Position numbers and translations under genes: made by a program
Notes under the pieces: generated by a model
Database searches by the model: none
The model's input: the letters and a program-made list of their open reading frames with translations, nothing else
Told to the model about the DNA's origin: nothing
Shown here: one piece after another, positions 23,082-36,037 of the stretch
Layout: each line of letters begins with the position of its first letter
How positions within the stretch are numbered: position 1 is the stretch's first letter
Assembly: GCA_010015585.1 (NCBI GenBank)
Contig: ML975149.1
Origin: Eremomyces bilateralis CBS 781.70
Lineage: Eukaryota
Strand: one strand, 5' to 3'
DNA: 64,000 bases

Positions 23082-26000
23082 ATGGCTCCCAGTGCTCCGC
23101 GTGATGCACCAAGCTCAAGAGCATCCCCACGTCTCTCCCCCAACAATAGACATCGGCGAGATTCGTCCCTTTCGACGGCCTCTCGTCCAGACTTGGACCT
23201 CGACCGTATACATACCACAGCATCCCGTTCGGAAACGCTCACGACTTTTCAAGAGTTCGCTTCTCCTCCTAGATCGTCCGTTGGTGTGGATAGCAAGCAG
23301 ACTGCTGCCGAAGCTGTGCAAGGGGGCTTCAGCGGGCTGTATGGCCGTTTAAGAGCAACCGTTGGCGGTGCGCGAGATCCGAGCCCGGCAAATGTTGCTT
23401 CAACCGCTGAAGCAGCGAGCACCGAGGAGGTATCCACGCAGAACCAGAAGCATCGACCCCCGCCGATTACGGCGAATTTGCCGCCATCAACCGTGTTGTC
23501 GCCGCCAGCTATCGAATCTACCACCACGTCAAGAATACACTCTCCCTTGGTTTCCAATTTCGTGGAGACCAAGCCTGTGGACTCCTTTCCAAGATCGACA
23601 AAGTCGGGACCCCGGAGCATATCGTCTCAGATCGGGGATGAGCCGTCCTCAGGGCATCCTTCATTGCGTAGCCTTGCATCTCAAAAGGAGCCGGGATCAA
23701 CCAAGCTGGATCGAAGCCAAAGCGGGAGTAGACTCGCAGATGCACCGCAAAGAGGCCATGGCACAGGGAGAAATGAACGATTGGCTACTTTGAGGCCTTT
23801 GGATATGTTGAATTCGGAGAACATTCAACAGCATACTGGATTGGTGGATACCCAGCGCGGTTATAGAACCTTCCATCAACGGGCCGGTTCGCAGCCGTTC
23901 TCCGATGTCTCAGGGCATTTGACACTCGATAGCTCTCGTGGTGGAGACGGCACCGAAGAATCAAGTTCAAGAGCCAGCGATATTGCTCCGTCTCAGAATT
24001 CTCGCCTAGAGACGTCCTCTTCCCAATTTGCTCCGTTGCCTACCGTTGGCCATCTGTCAGTGCTCGCAAATGATCAGTCCCTCGGATTTGATAGGGTAAA
24101 GGGTGCGTCCTCCCTTCTACAGCGAGAGTTGAGCAACAGAGGAGCTCCACCGGAGCTGCCCACATATCAAGCAGACCAGACTCCACTTGATCCAACTGCG
24201 TCGAGCCGACCGCCATTGATCAAAGTCAGCCAATCGAACCTTTCCGGCTTTCGTCTATCTCGGGCTGCCTCTTCCGACGGGGACTTCAGCTCCGTAAACA
24301 CCGTGTCGGCCGCTGGGCAACCAAATTTGCGAACGGTGGAGGATAGTGCGCCGCTTGATCCAACCACTTTCAATATCGGAAGCAAACTCTCGCAGGGACG
24401 TCGCAGGATCCTGGATAAGTCGTATTGGATGAGAGATGTCAATGCGAAGGACTGCTTCAATTGTGGCGATACTTTCTCTACCTTCCGACGCAAGCATCAC
24501 TGTCGGACATGTGGTCAAATCTTCGACTCCAAATGCACCTCTATCATCGATGGGAGACCATTTGATTACAACGGGAATCTCCGAGTATGCAAGCCATGTG
24601 AGGCCTTTATCCACGGGACGGATGATGACTCATCGGTGTACACCGACGAGGGCGATCCAAGGGCACCTGATGATAAACGACTACGAGATCCTGAAGATCT
24701 AGTTCAAAGCTCGAATGTGGGAAATTCGAACGTACAGCATGTCGATAGAGACCATACCAAGCTGGCCACGCCGACACTCGGAATTCCAGTCAGTCGCAGA
24801 ACGAACGAATCGAAACGGCGCTCGGCTGTGCTTGAATTCGAAGGCCAACAGACCCTCGCCCGGCCCAGCTCCTCCCGCTCGTTGCGCTCACTTAGCGGGC
24901 GCCCGACTTCTGCTCACAAACGACATCAGTCACATCACCAGCACATGCGGAATCATATGTCCACGCGTGACACCAGGGCTCCATTTCAGAGATATGAGAG
25001 AGATCCGAGACAGCGGACGGCATTACCGACATTCCACCATGACAACATCATCGATCCGGATATCGCTCCGTTCATGTCTGATGATGGGTCTAGTGATGAG
25101 GAGAATCCAAGTATATTTGCTGCGCTGAATGGAGATACGAAACCGGGGCAGAAGCCGGAAGCGGACCGCTCAGGCATTTCGGGGCTGATCGCATCGGTCC
25201 GCAGGGGGAAATCTCAAAGAGCGGAGCGAAGCAATGCAGCATTGAGTGTGACGAGCCGGGAGTACGATTCGAGTAGTATGAGCAAGAACCCGCCTCGACA
25301 TGCGCGACGAAGGAACCTCAGCACCTCAAGCATTAACCAACCGGGACTGTCGATTAAGAAGAGCAAGAGCAACAGTCTCTTGAAAGGTTTCCTCGCCGGA
25401 AGTCCCAGCTCCCCTGTCATCGGCTCACCAGGCGCTGGGTTCTTAGACGGCCCTCGACCGTCACGAAGCATGTCGATCCGATCCCTCGAACCGCCCTCCG
25501 TCGAACTGAACCAAGCTAGCCTCCAGCACGTCCGCAAAATGCTCAAGCAAATGCTCCAGGACAGCGAGATCACGAACGGAAAGGCCTGGGAAAAGGCGCT
25601 GATGCCCATCCTCCTGCAATGCACCGACGACGTCAGCCCTGACGTGCGCCGCAACGACGACATCGATATCCGGCACTACATCAAGCTCAAGAAAGTACTC
25701 GGCGGCAAGCCGACCGATACGTCGTACGTGTCCGGCGTGGTGTTCTCGAAAAACATCGCGCTCAAGAGCATGCGCACCAACATTTCCCACCCGCGGATTG
25801 CCATCGTCACCTTTCCGATCGAGTACGCACGCGCGCAGCAGCATTTCATGAGCTTGGACCCGGTGATCGCGCAGGAGCGGGAGTATCTACGGAATCTCGT
25901 GAGCCGGATCGCCGCGCTGAACCCGAGTTTGCTGCTGGTGCAGAAGAACGTCGCGGGGCTGGCGTTGAAGTTTCTGGACGCGGCGAAAATCACGGTGATA

Positions 26001-29000
26001 TATAATGTAAAACCGACGGTGATCAGCGCCGTCTCGAGATGTACCCAGGCGCGGCTGATTACGAGCATTGATAAGCTATACGATGATCCGTCGTCGCTGG
26101 GGAAGTGTGGGAGTTTTGATGTCAAGACGTACGTCCATGGCAGGGCGAAAAAGAGGTATGTTTTCCTGTCCGGCTGTCAGCGCGATCTGGGATGCACTAT
26201 TGTCCTTCGCGGCGAATCCACTGAAGGTCTTCGTCGATTGAAGCGGGTAACCGAGTTCATGTGTTACGTGGTCTACAATCTCAAGCTGGAGACATGCCTC
26301 ATGCGCGATGAGTTCGTTGCAATCCCTACGTCGCTTGCGGGCGGGACTTTATCACCAGACAAAGGTCGGCCGTCGATCGGCCCTGAACCTTCTGATTCGG
26401 AGACGTTCAAGTCCCTTTCGACTGCGCAAGGCGAATCGGGACAAGGCGCAGTCTCCTCGTTGTACACGGACATGGTAGAGAAGCACAAAACGAAGATCCT
26501 CTCTGCTTCTCCGTTCGTGCAGTTCATGCAGCCTTATCTGCTCACCCGAGCGCGCGAGCAAGAGGCGCAGCTCGCGTATCTGAAGTTATTGCGCGATCAG
26601 TATCGCGATGCGGGCGATGACGAACGAGATGGGACGCCGGAAGAGTTTGCGCTAGTGCAACCCGAGATGGTTCACCGCGTGGTCGAGAAGCCGTCGCGAC
26701 AAGTCCGGGAATTTTTGTTCGCCGTTCATGCTGCGGAGTACGACAAGGCATTGCACAATTATCGGACGCAGAAAAGGCAGTGGGAGACGTATGTCAGTGG
26801 AAATCTGGACATCTTTGATCCGTTCACGCATCAGCGGATCGCGGTTCTCTACAGTATGGTCAACACGGTTACCTCAACTCCGTGTGTCGGACCGGAGATC
26901 ATCCCCCTCAGTTACTATACACAGCATGACCTGGACGAAGGGTTTGCCGAAGATATCACGCTCGGCCAATACGTCGAGCACCTCTGTAACGACGCCAACC
27001 TCACCTGCCAAATCAGCGGATGCGACCAGAAGCTTTACAACCACCATCGACAATATGTCCATGGCAACGGACAGATGAGCATCTTGGTGCAGAAGTACCT
27101 AGCGAAGATCCGTGGCCTGCATAACGCCGTGTTAATGTGGAGCTGCTGTCGCATTTGCGGCATGGAAACGCAGGTCATCCCCATGTCTGATAACACCTGG
27201 AAATACTCCTTCGCGAAGTACCTTGAGCTCACATTTTGGAGCACGGGGTTGAAGCCGCGCTCCGAGGATTGCGATCATGACATCCACCGCGACCACGTGC
27301 GATACTTCGGATTCAACAACATGGCGCTCAGCATCCAATACGATAAGATTGAGTTATACGAAGTGATTGTCCCGCGGCCTACGATCAACTGGAAAGTCGA
27401 CTCCGATCTGCGTCTCAAAAACGAACTGTTCCAGAAAAGCCTAGCGCGCTTCGATCGCTTCATGCAATCGGTTTGCGTCCGGATCGACGGGATCCACGTC
27501 GAGGGCGTCGTCCCCGAAAAGGCCGAGGAGTGCCGCGCCGAGCTCGAGAAGCTCGCCCTGCTAGCCGACGCGGATCAGCAAGCCCTCACCAAACGCCTGC
27601 AGGACGAATACATGAACTCGAAATACTATGAAATCGTGCCGATGAACCGCGCGATCAAGGCGATGCAGGAATGCGCCATCACCTGGGACGACATCTTCGC
27701 GGAGTTCGAACGCAACTTCTTCCCGTCCGAGAAAGACATCCGGCGGATGGCGGCGCTACAGCTGCGGAAATTCTTCCTCGATACCAATGAGAGTACGCCC
27801 AGTATCGAGGAGACAGAGAGTCAAGGCATCGAGAGCACCAGTGCCGAGAAGAACGAGGGGATTCTGCTGACGCCGAAGCCGAGCGATCTGAGCGCGGAGG
27901 AGGCGGAGAAAATGTTGACGAGCGTAGTTGCGGAGCAGTCGCCGCCAACTCCAACACATGTGGAAAAGGATGCGGACGGGCTACCACGCACGCCGAAGAA
28001 GAGCCTGAGCCCTGATAGGCAGCATTATAACTTAGGTATGGAGGAAGCGACTCCGAGGGCGCTAGACCCCATGTCAAGTAAGAGTGTCAAGCATCTGGAT
28101 CTTGCTGTGAGCGCAGGAGCGTCGAACCTGACGCCAACTCCGGGTTCTCTGTTGGAGTGGGAACAGTCGAGCGCGTCCGATAGTACTTTGAGGCCATCGG
28201 GGCTGTTGCCGCCAGAGGTGAGGCGCCCGGCTACCGACACTGGTGCTACGGGTTCGCTGTCTAGTCCAGAACGAAAGGCTCGGCCAGAACCCTTGCCTTC
28301 GCTCACAGTTCCTGGACCACCTGAACCGCTACCTGAGTCCAAGATCCCGAGACCGACATCCATCCATGCGCCACCACTCCCACGCACGCAATCAACCCCC
28401 AATCACACCCTAGCAAAAGATGCTGGTACCATCTATGGAGGTGGGGAGTCTTCCTCTAAAATCAGCTTGACAGAGGACATGCGCGCTCTCACCCAGCGAA
28501 TGTCCGAACGGTTCAACTTGAGGCACTATAAGAACATGAAATATCCGGCCCGCTCAATGATTCCACGCTCGGTGCCTTCAGAGAAGGGGAACGTCTCGTC
28601 CCTAGCGAAGCACTTCGAGCAGCTGAGTCGCGAGTTCGAGAAGGAGCGTCAGCGTGAACGGAGGCAACAGACTGCGCGCGGGCGTCCGACCCGGGCGTTT
28701 CCACTGGCGTCGTCGAAGCCCATCGTCGAAGTGTATCGAAATGCACACGAGGCAGTGCGAGAGCGGGACGTGGGCGAGGATGACCAGATCTCTCAAGGAA
28801 GACCGAGCACCGAAGCGAGTACCTTTGGCTCAAGTACCTTGGACGAAATCACGACAGCGGAGGGCACTCAACCAACCACCGTCTCGCACTCTCCGACGAA
28901 TGAGCGGGACACTGACTCTACTAAGGACTCGGTCACTGAGGAGACATCTGAGCACCGTGCAGTTCATACCCCTTCTGATGCGGAACTTACCGATGCGGAA

Positions 29001-30377
29001 CAAACCCCCTTCGACGACGTCGAAGCACAAGAAAGTCGGCCGTCCAGCCAAGTTCTCTCGCCCACCGAGTCCCAACTCGACGTCAATATCGAGCTCCCCA
29101 AGCATGAGAAGCTCTCCCTGGTCAAGATGCTGACATCCTTCTGGTCCGAGCGGTCCGCATCCGGGTGGGCGCCGCTCGACTACCCGTTGAGATCCAGCGA
29201 ACACACATGGGAAGACTCCGATATCATCGTTCGCGAAGACGAACCCAGTTCCATCATCGCGCTGGCGTTGTCGAGCGCGGACTACCTTGCGAAGCTAGAA
29301 TCGTTCCGGCGAGAGCCGGCGATGGATAAGCCGAGCGATGAGGAGTGGAGCGAGAGGGACGAGGACATCTCGATCGAGCGGAACTTGCTGTATCAGAAGA
29401 ACACGAACATCCGATACGCATTCCAGAACCGCAACGTGAAGGCCCAATGCAAGATCTTCTATGCCGAGTCGTTCGACGCGATTCGTCGCAAGTGCGGCGT
29501 GGCCGATCGGTTCGTCGAGTCGCTTTCTCGGTGTCTAAAATGGGACTCCAAAGGCGGGAAGACGAAGTCGCTCTTCTTGAAAACGCTCGATGATCGATTC
29601 GTGCTAAAATCATTGTCCCCCATCGAGGTCAACGCGTTCTTCAAATTCGCCCCCAATTACTTCTCCTTCACGCACCAGAACCTCTTCAAAGGACTGCCGT
29701 CCGTAATCGCGAAGATGCTGGGCCTCTTCCAGGTGACGATCCGCAACACCGCGTCGGGCACCGAATTCAACTGGTTCATGCTCGTGATGGAGAACCTGTT
29801 CTACGAGCGGCAGCCGAACCGCCGGTTCGACCTCAAAGGCAGCATGCGCAACCGGAAGATCCAAAGCACGGGCGAGGAAGACGAGGTGCTGCTCGACGAG
29901 AATCTCGTCGACATCATCTTCGAGAAGCCGATCTTCGTGCGCGACCACACCAAGAAGCTCTTGCAGGCGTCCGTGTTCAACGACACGCTATTCCTCGGCA
30001 AGCAGAATGTCATGGACTACTCGCTTATGGCTGGGTTCGACGACAAGCGACGCGAGATCATCGTGGGGATCATCGACTGCATCCGCACGTACACCTGGGA
30101 CAAGAAGCTGGAGACGTGGATCAAGGATCGGGGGAAGAACAAGCCGACGATCACGTCGCCGAAGGATTACCGGAATCGGTTCCGCATCGCCATGGCGAGC
30201 TATATTCTGGAGGCGCCGAATTGTTGGCATCCATTTCACCAGGGGATGGGGCAGAGGAGGACGGTGCCGGCGGTGCGGTGGGAGCCGCAGAAGGCGGATA
30301 TTGAGGAACAGGAGGTGGAAGGTGATACGGATGCGCAGGCGCTTGTGGGTGGGAGTGGGGCTCCGTCGCTTACGTGA
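23082..30377 (+). CDS. FAB1: Phosphatidylinositol-3-phosphate 5-kinase Fab1/PIKfyve
   Basis: 2431-aa intronless ORF with a FYVE domain (WMRD...CFNC...RRKHHCRTCGQIF), a CCT/TCP-1-like domain and a C-terminal PIPK domain (GGKTKS...DLKGS...MDYSL...IIDCIRTYTWDKKLE). Confidence 0.97.
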   Translation: MAPSAPRDAPSSRASPRLSPNNRHRRDSSLSTASRPDLDLDRIHTTASRSETLTTFQEFASPPRSSVGVDSKQTAAEAVQGGFSGLYGRLRATVGGARDPSPANVASTAEAASTEEVSTQNQKHRPPPITANLPPSTVLSPPAIESTTTSRIHSPLVSNFVETKPVDSFPRSTKSGPRSISSQIGDEPSSGHPSLRSLASQKEPGSTKLDRSQSGSRLADAPQRGHGTGRNERLATLRPLDMLNSENIQQHTGLVDTQRGYRTFHQRAGSQPFSDVSGHLTLDSSRGGDGTEESSSRASDIAPSQNSRLETSSSQFAPLPTVGHLSVLANDQSLGFDRVKGASSLLQRELSNRGAPPELPTYQADQTPLDPTASSRPPLIKVSQSNLSGFRLSRAASSDGDFSSVNTVSAAGQPNLRTVEDSAPLDPTTFNIGSKLSQGRRRILDKSYWMRDVNAKDCFNCGDTFSTFRRKHHCRTCGQIFDSKCTSIIDGRPFDYNGNLRVCKPCEAFIHGTDDDSSVYTDEGDPRAPDDKRLRDPEDLVQSSNVGNSNVQHVDRDHTKLATPTLGIPVSRRTNESKRRSAVLEFEGQQTLARPSSSRSLRSLSGRPTSAHKRHQSHHQHMRNHMSTRDTRAPFQRYERDPRQRTALPTFHHDNIIDPDIAPFMSDDGSSDEENPSIFAALNGDTKPGQKPEADRSGISGLIASVRRGKSQRAERSNAALSVTSREYDSSSMSKNPPRHARRRNLSTSSINQPGLSIKKSKSNSLLKGFLAGSPSSPVIGSPGAGFLDGPRPSRSMSIRSLEPPSVELNQASLQHVRKMLKQMLQDSEITNGKAWEKALMPILLQCTDDVSPDVRRNDDIDIRHYIKLKKVLGGKPTDTSYVSGVVFSKNIALKSMRTNISHPRIAIVTFPIEYARAQQHFMSLDPVIAQEREYLRNLVSRIAALNPSLLLVQKNVAGLALKFLDAAKITVIYNVKPTVISAVSRCTQARLITSIDKLYDDPSSLGKCGSFDVKTYVHGRAKKRYVFLSGCQRDLGCTIVLRGESTEGLRRLKRVTEFMCYVVYNLKLETCLMRDEFVAIPTSLAGGTLSPDKGRPSIGPEPSDSETFKSLSTAQGESGQGAVSSLYTDMVEKHKTKILSASPFVQFMQPYLLTRAREQEAQLAYLKLLRDQYRDAGDDERDGTPEEFALVQPEMVHRVVEKPSRQVREFLFAVHAAEYDKALHNYRTQKRQWETYVSGNLDIFDPFTHQRIAVLYSMVNTVTSTPCVGPEIIPLSYYTQHDLDEGFAEDITLGQYVEHLCNDANLTCQISGCDQKLYNHHRQYVHGNGQMSILVQKYLAKIRGLHNAVLMWSCCRICGMETQVIPMSDNTWKYSFAKYLELTFWSTGLKPRSEDCDHDIHRDHVRYFGFNNMALSIQYDKIELYEVIVPRPTINWKVDSDLRLKNELFQKSLARFDRFMQSVCVRIDGIHVEGVVPEKAEECRAELEKLALLADADQQALTKRLQDEYMNSKYYEIVPMNRAIKAMQECAITWDDIFAEFERNFFPSEKDIRRMAALQLRKFFLDTNESTPSIEETESQGIESTSAEKNEGILLTPKPSDLSAEEAEKMLTSVVAEQSPPTPTHVEKDADGLPRTPKKSLSPDRQHYNLGMEEATPRALDPMSSKSVKHLDLAVSAGASNLTPTPGSLLEWEQSSASDSTLRPSGLLPPEVRRPATDTGATGSLSSPERKARPEPLPSLTVPGPPEPLPESKIPRPTSIHAPPLPRTQSTPNHTLAKDAGTIYGGGESSSKISLTEDMRALTQRMSERFNLRHYKNMKYPARSMIPRSVPSEKGNVSSLAKHFEQLSREFEKERQRERRQQTARGRPTRAFPLASSKPIVEVYRNAHEAVRERDVGEDDQISQGRPSTEASTFGSSTLDEITTAEGTQPTTVSHSPTNERDTDSTKDSVTEETSEHRAVHTPSDAELTDAEQTPFDDVEAQESRPSSQVLSPTESQLDVNIELPKHEKLSLVKMLTSFWSERSASGWAPLDYPLRSSEHTWEDSDIIVREDEPSSIIALALSSADYLAKLESFRREPAMDKPSDEEWSERDEDISIERNLLYQKNTNIRYAFQNRNVKAQCKIFYAESFDAIRRKCGVADRFVESLSRCLKWDSKGGKTKSLFLKTLDDRFVLKSLSPIEVNAFFKFAPNYFSFTHQNLFKGLPSVIAKMLGLFQVTIRNTASGTEFNWFMLVMENLFYERQPNRRFDLKGSMRNRKIQSTGEEDEVLLDENLVDIIFEKPIFVRDHTKKLLQASVFNDTLFLGKQNVMDYSLMAGFDDKRREIIVGIIDCIRTYTWDKKLETWIKDRGKNKPTITSPKDYRNRFRIAMASYILEAPNCWHPFHQGMGQRRTVPAVRWEPQKADIEEQEVEGDTDAQALVGGSGAPSLT

Positions 30378-33300
30378 ACCGGTTACGGAGATGGATTATG
30401 ATGCTATGTTTGGTTACGAGTTCATGGAAGATGATTTCTGCTATTCTTCAGGCTGGCGTTGAGTCCCGAGAATGGTACGTCGCTAATGCCGCCAACGTAT
30501 ATGTAGCTCCTGGGTTATAGCAGACAGCTAGATAAAGCATAATGATAACTACACTAATTCACCTATTAAACTTCAATGACTTCAAGCACGTCTCAGGCTC
30601 ACCACCGTGGAGCTTCTGGTCGGATGTGTCTAAATGTTCAGCCTGGACTATGGCCCCTTCGGTCCTATGCCATAGGTAGCCCGGCAACTAGGCCTTTACA
30701 GGTCTCAGTTGAAGAATAATACGACCATCGACTCCGAAAGCATCCAGTTATATCTTAGAAATAGCGCCTACTCATGCAGCCTGGTCGTGTCCTCCCACTA
30801 GAGGTGGGTAGAACCCTGCAGAGGCAGCACTGATGATTGAGACATGACATGGGTTGCTATGAGTCCTACTACAACATCATGGGTACAACTCAAGGCATGG
30901 AATAGAACCAATAATAATAAATTGGATAAGACAGCCATGAAAGTATGATATTGATCGACAGCCCCCCTACTCCAATCCGTGGTATGCTGGTCAATGAAGC
31001 CATGTATCCCTCCGTCTAGCTCGTTGAATATCCATTCCTTAAATCAACCGTTGACTCCGATCCAAATAGCACGCGAGATTGTATTGGGACACTCGTCATT
31101 TGTGGTGGCCCCCATCCGTCCCCGATGAGCTGGTGATAGGATCATGGAGCGGTCCACCCCCGTTGTGAACCACCACCGGTGCCTTGGAATGGTTGAGTGA
31201 ATTGTGTTGGGTTGGAGTGGCGGACGAGGCTCCAACTGTGGAGTCGATAGAGGCATAAGAACGGTAGAAGTCTATCTCGAGTCAGAACCGATGACCAATG
31301 TTTATATAGGGCGCCCAGCACTCATACTGCTGGAGATGGCACCATTGGCCGAGGATGACTTACTTGACGCCATTGTCTGGAGGCAGTTATGCCTAGAGGG
31401 TATGTGTTGTGTGGCTTGACTTGGTCGGACAATAGAGTGACTCAGTGGATTCAGCAGGCAACAGAAAGGGCTTTGCAGTCAAAGTATAAAGCTCACGACT
31501 TTCGCACAACGGATCTTCGAGGAATGACTTCTAGAACGAAGGAGAATTTGAACGGCTCATACCAAACCGTTGCTCCCGCTTATATACTATAGCAGTTCAC
31601 TTTGAGGCCGCCTCTACAACCCCAACGGATCCACCGTCGCCCTTTGTTTCCTATCACCTCCGCCATGTCAACAGTTGCCTTGAAGTGGTACAGCAAATGA
31701 ACGGCCATATCGGGGATGGCACCGCGCCGAGGAAGGCAGAATTCCGACCATCACAGCCATCCGGAGGGGCTCATCCTCGAATCTAAGGGCCCAAGAGGTG
31801 TCTTAGGCACAAACGTCGAGCCATCGTCGTCTTGGACAGGAAATAGGACGAATGAACGAATGCGTGTGATCCGACGGTCGCGGGAGGCGGGCAAGCACCG
31901 CCTTTTGAGGCTAGGACAGACCGAACCGACGCGCCTGTGACGCGGAAGAGGAAGATGATCACACAAAGAGCTTGACCGTTGGGAAGTTGAGAAATATGAT
32001 TGATCGGATCGCGGGTCAATCAAGTGATCTGGTTTGATGCACCCGCGCTAGCACCAGGCAGCAGAATGCCGAAGCCAGAGTTCTGCCCCAGTTCATCTCC
32101 CGATTATTCACAGCCAGCGCGGTCTGCGGCCGGGCTGAATTTTTCGAAAGTCAGCCTAAGAATGAGGCAGCACTTAGGCAGATGGAAGGCGAAGAATTGA
32201 AGAATTGAAAAGGACGATGTGGAGGCAGTGTTTATTGACTTTTTTTGTTGATGATGACGATCTGCCCGACTGACTTCCAGGGTTTCCCCGCTCCACCTGA
32301 AAGGGCGGAATCTCTAGGCAGTTCCGCCCTGCAGCACCGCCAGGTCTTGGCGCTCCTCACCCAATCCTCGACTATACACCAGCAGCCATCTGGGCTTCAT
32401 TCAAGAGATCGGATTCTCTGTACCTTGTCATCATCAGTATATCTACTGATGGCTTTGACATGAAATAATTAGCTGCAGGGAATCGATCAAGAGATGGGAA
32501 TACTTTTGAGTATGGCATCAGTCAGAAACCGCATCATAATAGTCGCAGTTTCGGATTTGTTTGCAGGATCGAAACGAGGTGGTTGAACGCGATGACTCTC
32601 GTCTCGATTTCCTCACGAAATAGGGATGTAAATTGGCAGGGTGAAGGGTCTCAACTCTTATGTTCGCTTGTCCGTGTCCATTTAATAGGGACAGGTTGAG
32701 ACTTGAGAGCTTGTTCGGCATTCCACAGAATGCTCTCCTCGGAAATTTGAGTATTGCATTATGCTCAACTGTTTTCTGGGTCTTCGATCGCGTATTTCAA
32801 TCCTTTCAATTACAAAACTGCCCGCCTGAAAGAGCCCCATCTTCAACTAGCAACTATCGGAATTATTTCCTTGTTTCAGGGACCCTTTTGACCGCATACC
32901 GGGGCCACTGCGTATATCAGCTTTCATAACAGTCGCCTTAGCATTAGATATTCCCTGAAACAAGCAGCATCCGATATCCAACTGCCGAGGTATCTCTGCA
33001 CCAAACTATTTCATCGTTGTGGGCTCCTTTTTTTCACCCACATCTTGAACCTGGGAGCCCGGGGTGAATCTTGGAACACTTGAGCCCCGGACCCTAAGTC
33101 GCGGGATATACTAACATAGAGGCTAGAGCATTGCGGGCCGCCTTATTTAATATCAACACCTCTATTGGGTCGCTGTGAAATCTTCCCTGTAGAGGTTTGG
33201 GGTTTTAACAAACATAATTAGTAGTAGTCCTACTCTGCAGCATTTCTCATCATCATATATCGATATGCCCAATCGGGGGGATAAGGCGCAGCCACTGGCT

Positions 33301-34957
33301 AGTTAGTGCAAAGCTTACACGGAGCATGGAGGTCTCCCATTGGTAATAAATGTCAGCAAGCCTCAGCAGCGTCAGCGTGACCCTTGGCAGAATTCTGCAG
33401 CATCCCTGGACGGACTGAGTGGTCCGCTTTTCAATATTGGTCAAGCCATGTCGATCAGCATAAAAGTCGGGCCCCCCTCAGAGACCCATGGTCAGTTCAA
33501 TGAATATTCCGCGGTGAAACCACAAGCACAACAGAACGTACTACATGGGACTGGTCAAATGTAACCCTTCGAGGCATCGGCGGTCAAACGTAACCTATTC
33601 CTTTTCGCGCTTGTGTCGGTTGACACTTGATAGAGCTTCAAACGTACAAGCATCAAGAAGCAAAGGCTTCCAATTTGGGGGTTTGATATCGTTATTACTA
33701 TATAGGTGACGGACAAATTTACTCCGATGCCGCCGGCCGTCAATATCGCCATGCCGTGAAGCATCCGACCTATCCGTCACCAAGCTATAGAAGACCCAGT
33801 GATCAATCAGAACTACCCTTTCGGCTTTCACAGAAGACGAGATCAATTCCTAACCTGGTCGTTGACGTTGCATTCACACAGCAGCAATATTGCCGGATGG
33901 ATGGGATTGGAGTCGAATTGTAGGTTTTTGGCAAACTGCATCTTCGATTAGCGTCCGCGGCCTGCCGTAGTCTGTCAGCACTCTGCAGTAATCCCTGGTG
34001 CGTGGTTAACCATAGTTGAGAAACGCCAGAAACGTCTGGAAAAATACAGATGATCGAGGCAAAATGGCGTCGCTGGGAGTTGCGAGTAAGCCACCTACGC
34101 CCAGGCTAAGCCGAACTGGGGTGCCAACGAAGCTTCTTTTCACACTGGTTGTATGAAATGACGACACCACATTGTGATCAACTCCTAAAAACCGTAATAA
34201 TATCGCCAGTACATGATGAATGCCAGCCACACGGTGCGATCGTGACGTTTGCATGTCAATCATACCTGTGATAGAAAATTTCTGAGCATGGTAATGCCCC
34301 TAAATCCCACATCGATTGGACGGTACACCAGGGACTTTGCCTCGCGGTCGTCGGCCGTCGCTTTGCCATGGTGGAGCAGTGCGGTAGAGGCAAATGATTT
34401 ATGTTACTAATTGACCACCAAAACAGGCTGGTCTCCGTCTGCTGGTCGGAATCAAAAACCCCCCGACATCCATCATCCCCATGGGACTCCCGGTTCGATG
34501 CCGGTAGTTGTTGTTATACGCTAGGATCATCACCCAGTCCCACCAATGCAGTCGGGATATGCGGATCAACCCTTCTCGTCGCCCGCCCATCGTGGAGATG
34601 ATGCTCCAGTAATCTGTCCGGATGACATGGTTGAGCTTGTTGGCTTGCCTTTGCCTAGCTTTAGTCTTGGCCTTAAGAAGGTTTGACCGATCATTTCGTG
34701 AGCATTGGGCGATCCAGGCGCGGAGAAGCAGCGTCCGACTGGAGCTTTGTCTGGGACCTGACCACATGGCGTCCCCGTGTTCTCCCATTGTCATATATCA
34801 TCGATCGCCTTGATTTCTCATCTGCTTTAGATTTTGCATTGTTCTCCTAAAGTTGCTTCCGAGTCTACGTGTTCATGTCGTGCTTCTAGCCGGTCATCCT
34901 TTGGACATAGCAGAACATCCATACAGTGTATATCATAGAGATTCACAGGTTAAAAAC

Positions 34958-36037
34958 ATGTCTACCCAGCCTTACAATAACGTATGTTGCCCGTCTTGTA
35001 GCTAAGCATAGTGTTGAATAATGACATCCACCAGGCCGCCACCTCGGCCAACGGTGCCACAGCGAACACAGCGACTACAAATACCGGCAGCATTGGTACA
35101 CAGGACCACGCTGCCATAAATCCGGACGTATCGAAAGAACGAACCTCATACGACTATGGCGGCAACCCTCTTGCCCACTACGCGACCAATGACCCGGACA
35201 TTAGACTGCGACCATTCGGTGGTGCTGCTCAGCCGGGTCTTTACCGCCCACCACCGAGGACGCTCGCGAACCCAGCGCCCTTAGGTCTCAGTGCTTTCGC
35301 GCTCACCACCTTCGTCCTCTCCGTCATCCAGATGGGGACGCGGTCCATCCTCGAGCCGAATATTGTGGTTGCGCTTGCGTATGGGTATGGCGGATTGGTT
35401 CAGTTGCTGGCGGGCATGTGGTATGTAGGATCCGCGGCTGGATCGCAGTCCTGCCGACGGCGAGCAGAGAGCTAACACCGATGCAGGGAGATGGCTTGCG
35501 GAAACACCTTCGGTGCCACCGCCCTCTCCTCCTATGGAGGCTTCTGGATCTCCTTCGGAATTATCCTCACCCCGGGGGGGTTCGGTATTGTAGCGGCACT
35601 GGAAGAAAGTAGCCCAGCGCCGTTCACAAACTCCTTCGGACTGTACTTGATGGGCTGGTTCATATTCACCTTCCTCCTGCTCCTCTGCACGCTGCGGTCG
35701 ACCGTCGCCTTCTTCTCCTTGTTCTTCTTCCTAGACATGGCGTTCCTCCTACTCGGTCTCTCGTACTTGTACGCCGACGCGGGTCATGTGCATGTTGGCC
35801 TTGAGCGGGCGGGTGGTGCTTTTGCTTGCTTGTCTGCTATTATGGCATGGTATAACGCGCTGGCTGGTCTTGCCGACTCCACCAACAGGTACGTTCGGAT
35901 CATCGAAGTCGATGTGATGCACTTATACTAACATCAAATTTAGCTTCTTCGTCATTCCTGTACTGCACTTCCCATGGTCTGAGACTGGCCGTGAGAGGCG
36001 AAACAACATCCAGAAGAGCCCGGAGCACCAAGCCTAA
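34958..36037 (+). CDS. GPR1/FUN34/YaaH (AceTr) family acetate transporter, AcpA/Ady2-like, 4 exons
   Basis: Signature ANPAPLGLSAFALTTF, YGGLVQLLAGMWE and NTFGATALSSYGGFW. Introns 34982-35034, 35421-35486 and 35889-35943. Confidence 0.93.

Noticed and set aside
30400..34950. Hidden gene or ncRNA in the 4.5-kb FAB1-transporter spacer
   Set aside because: Only short unrecognisable ORFs. No tRNA, 5S, snRNA or telomerase-template (TAACCCTAA) motif was seen by eye; probably regulatory. An Rfam scan is still needed.
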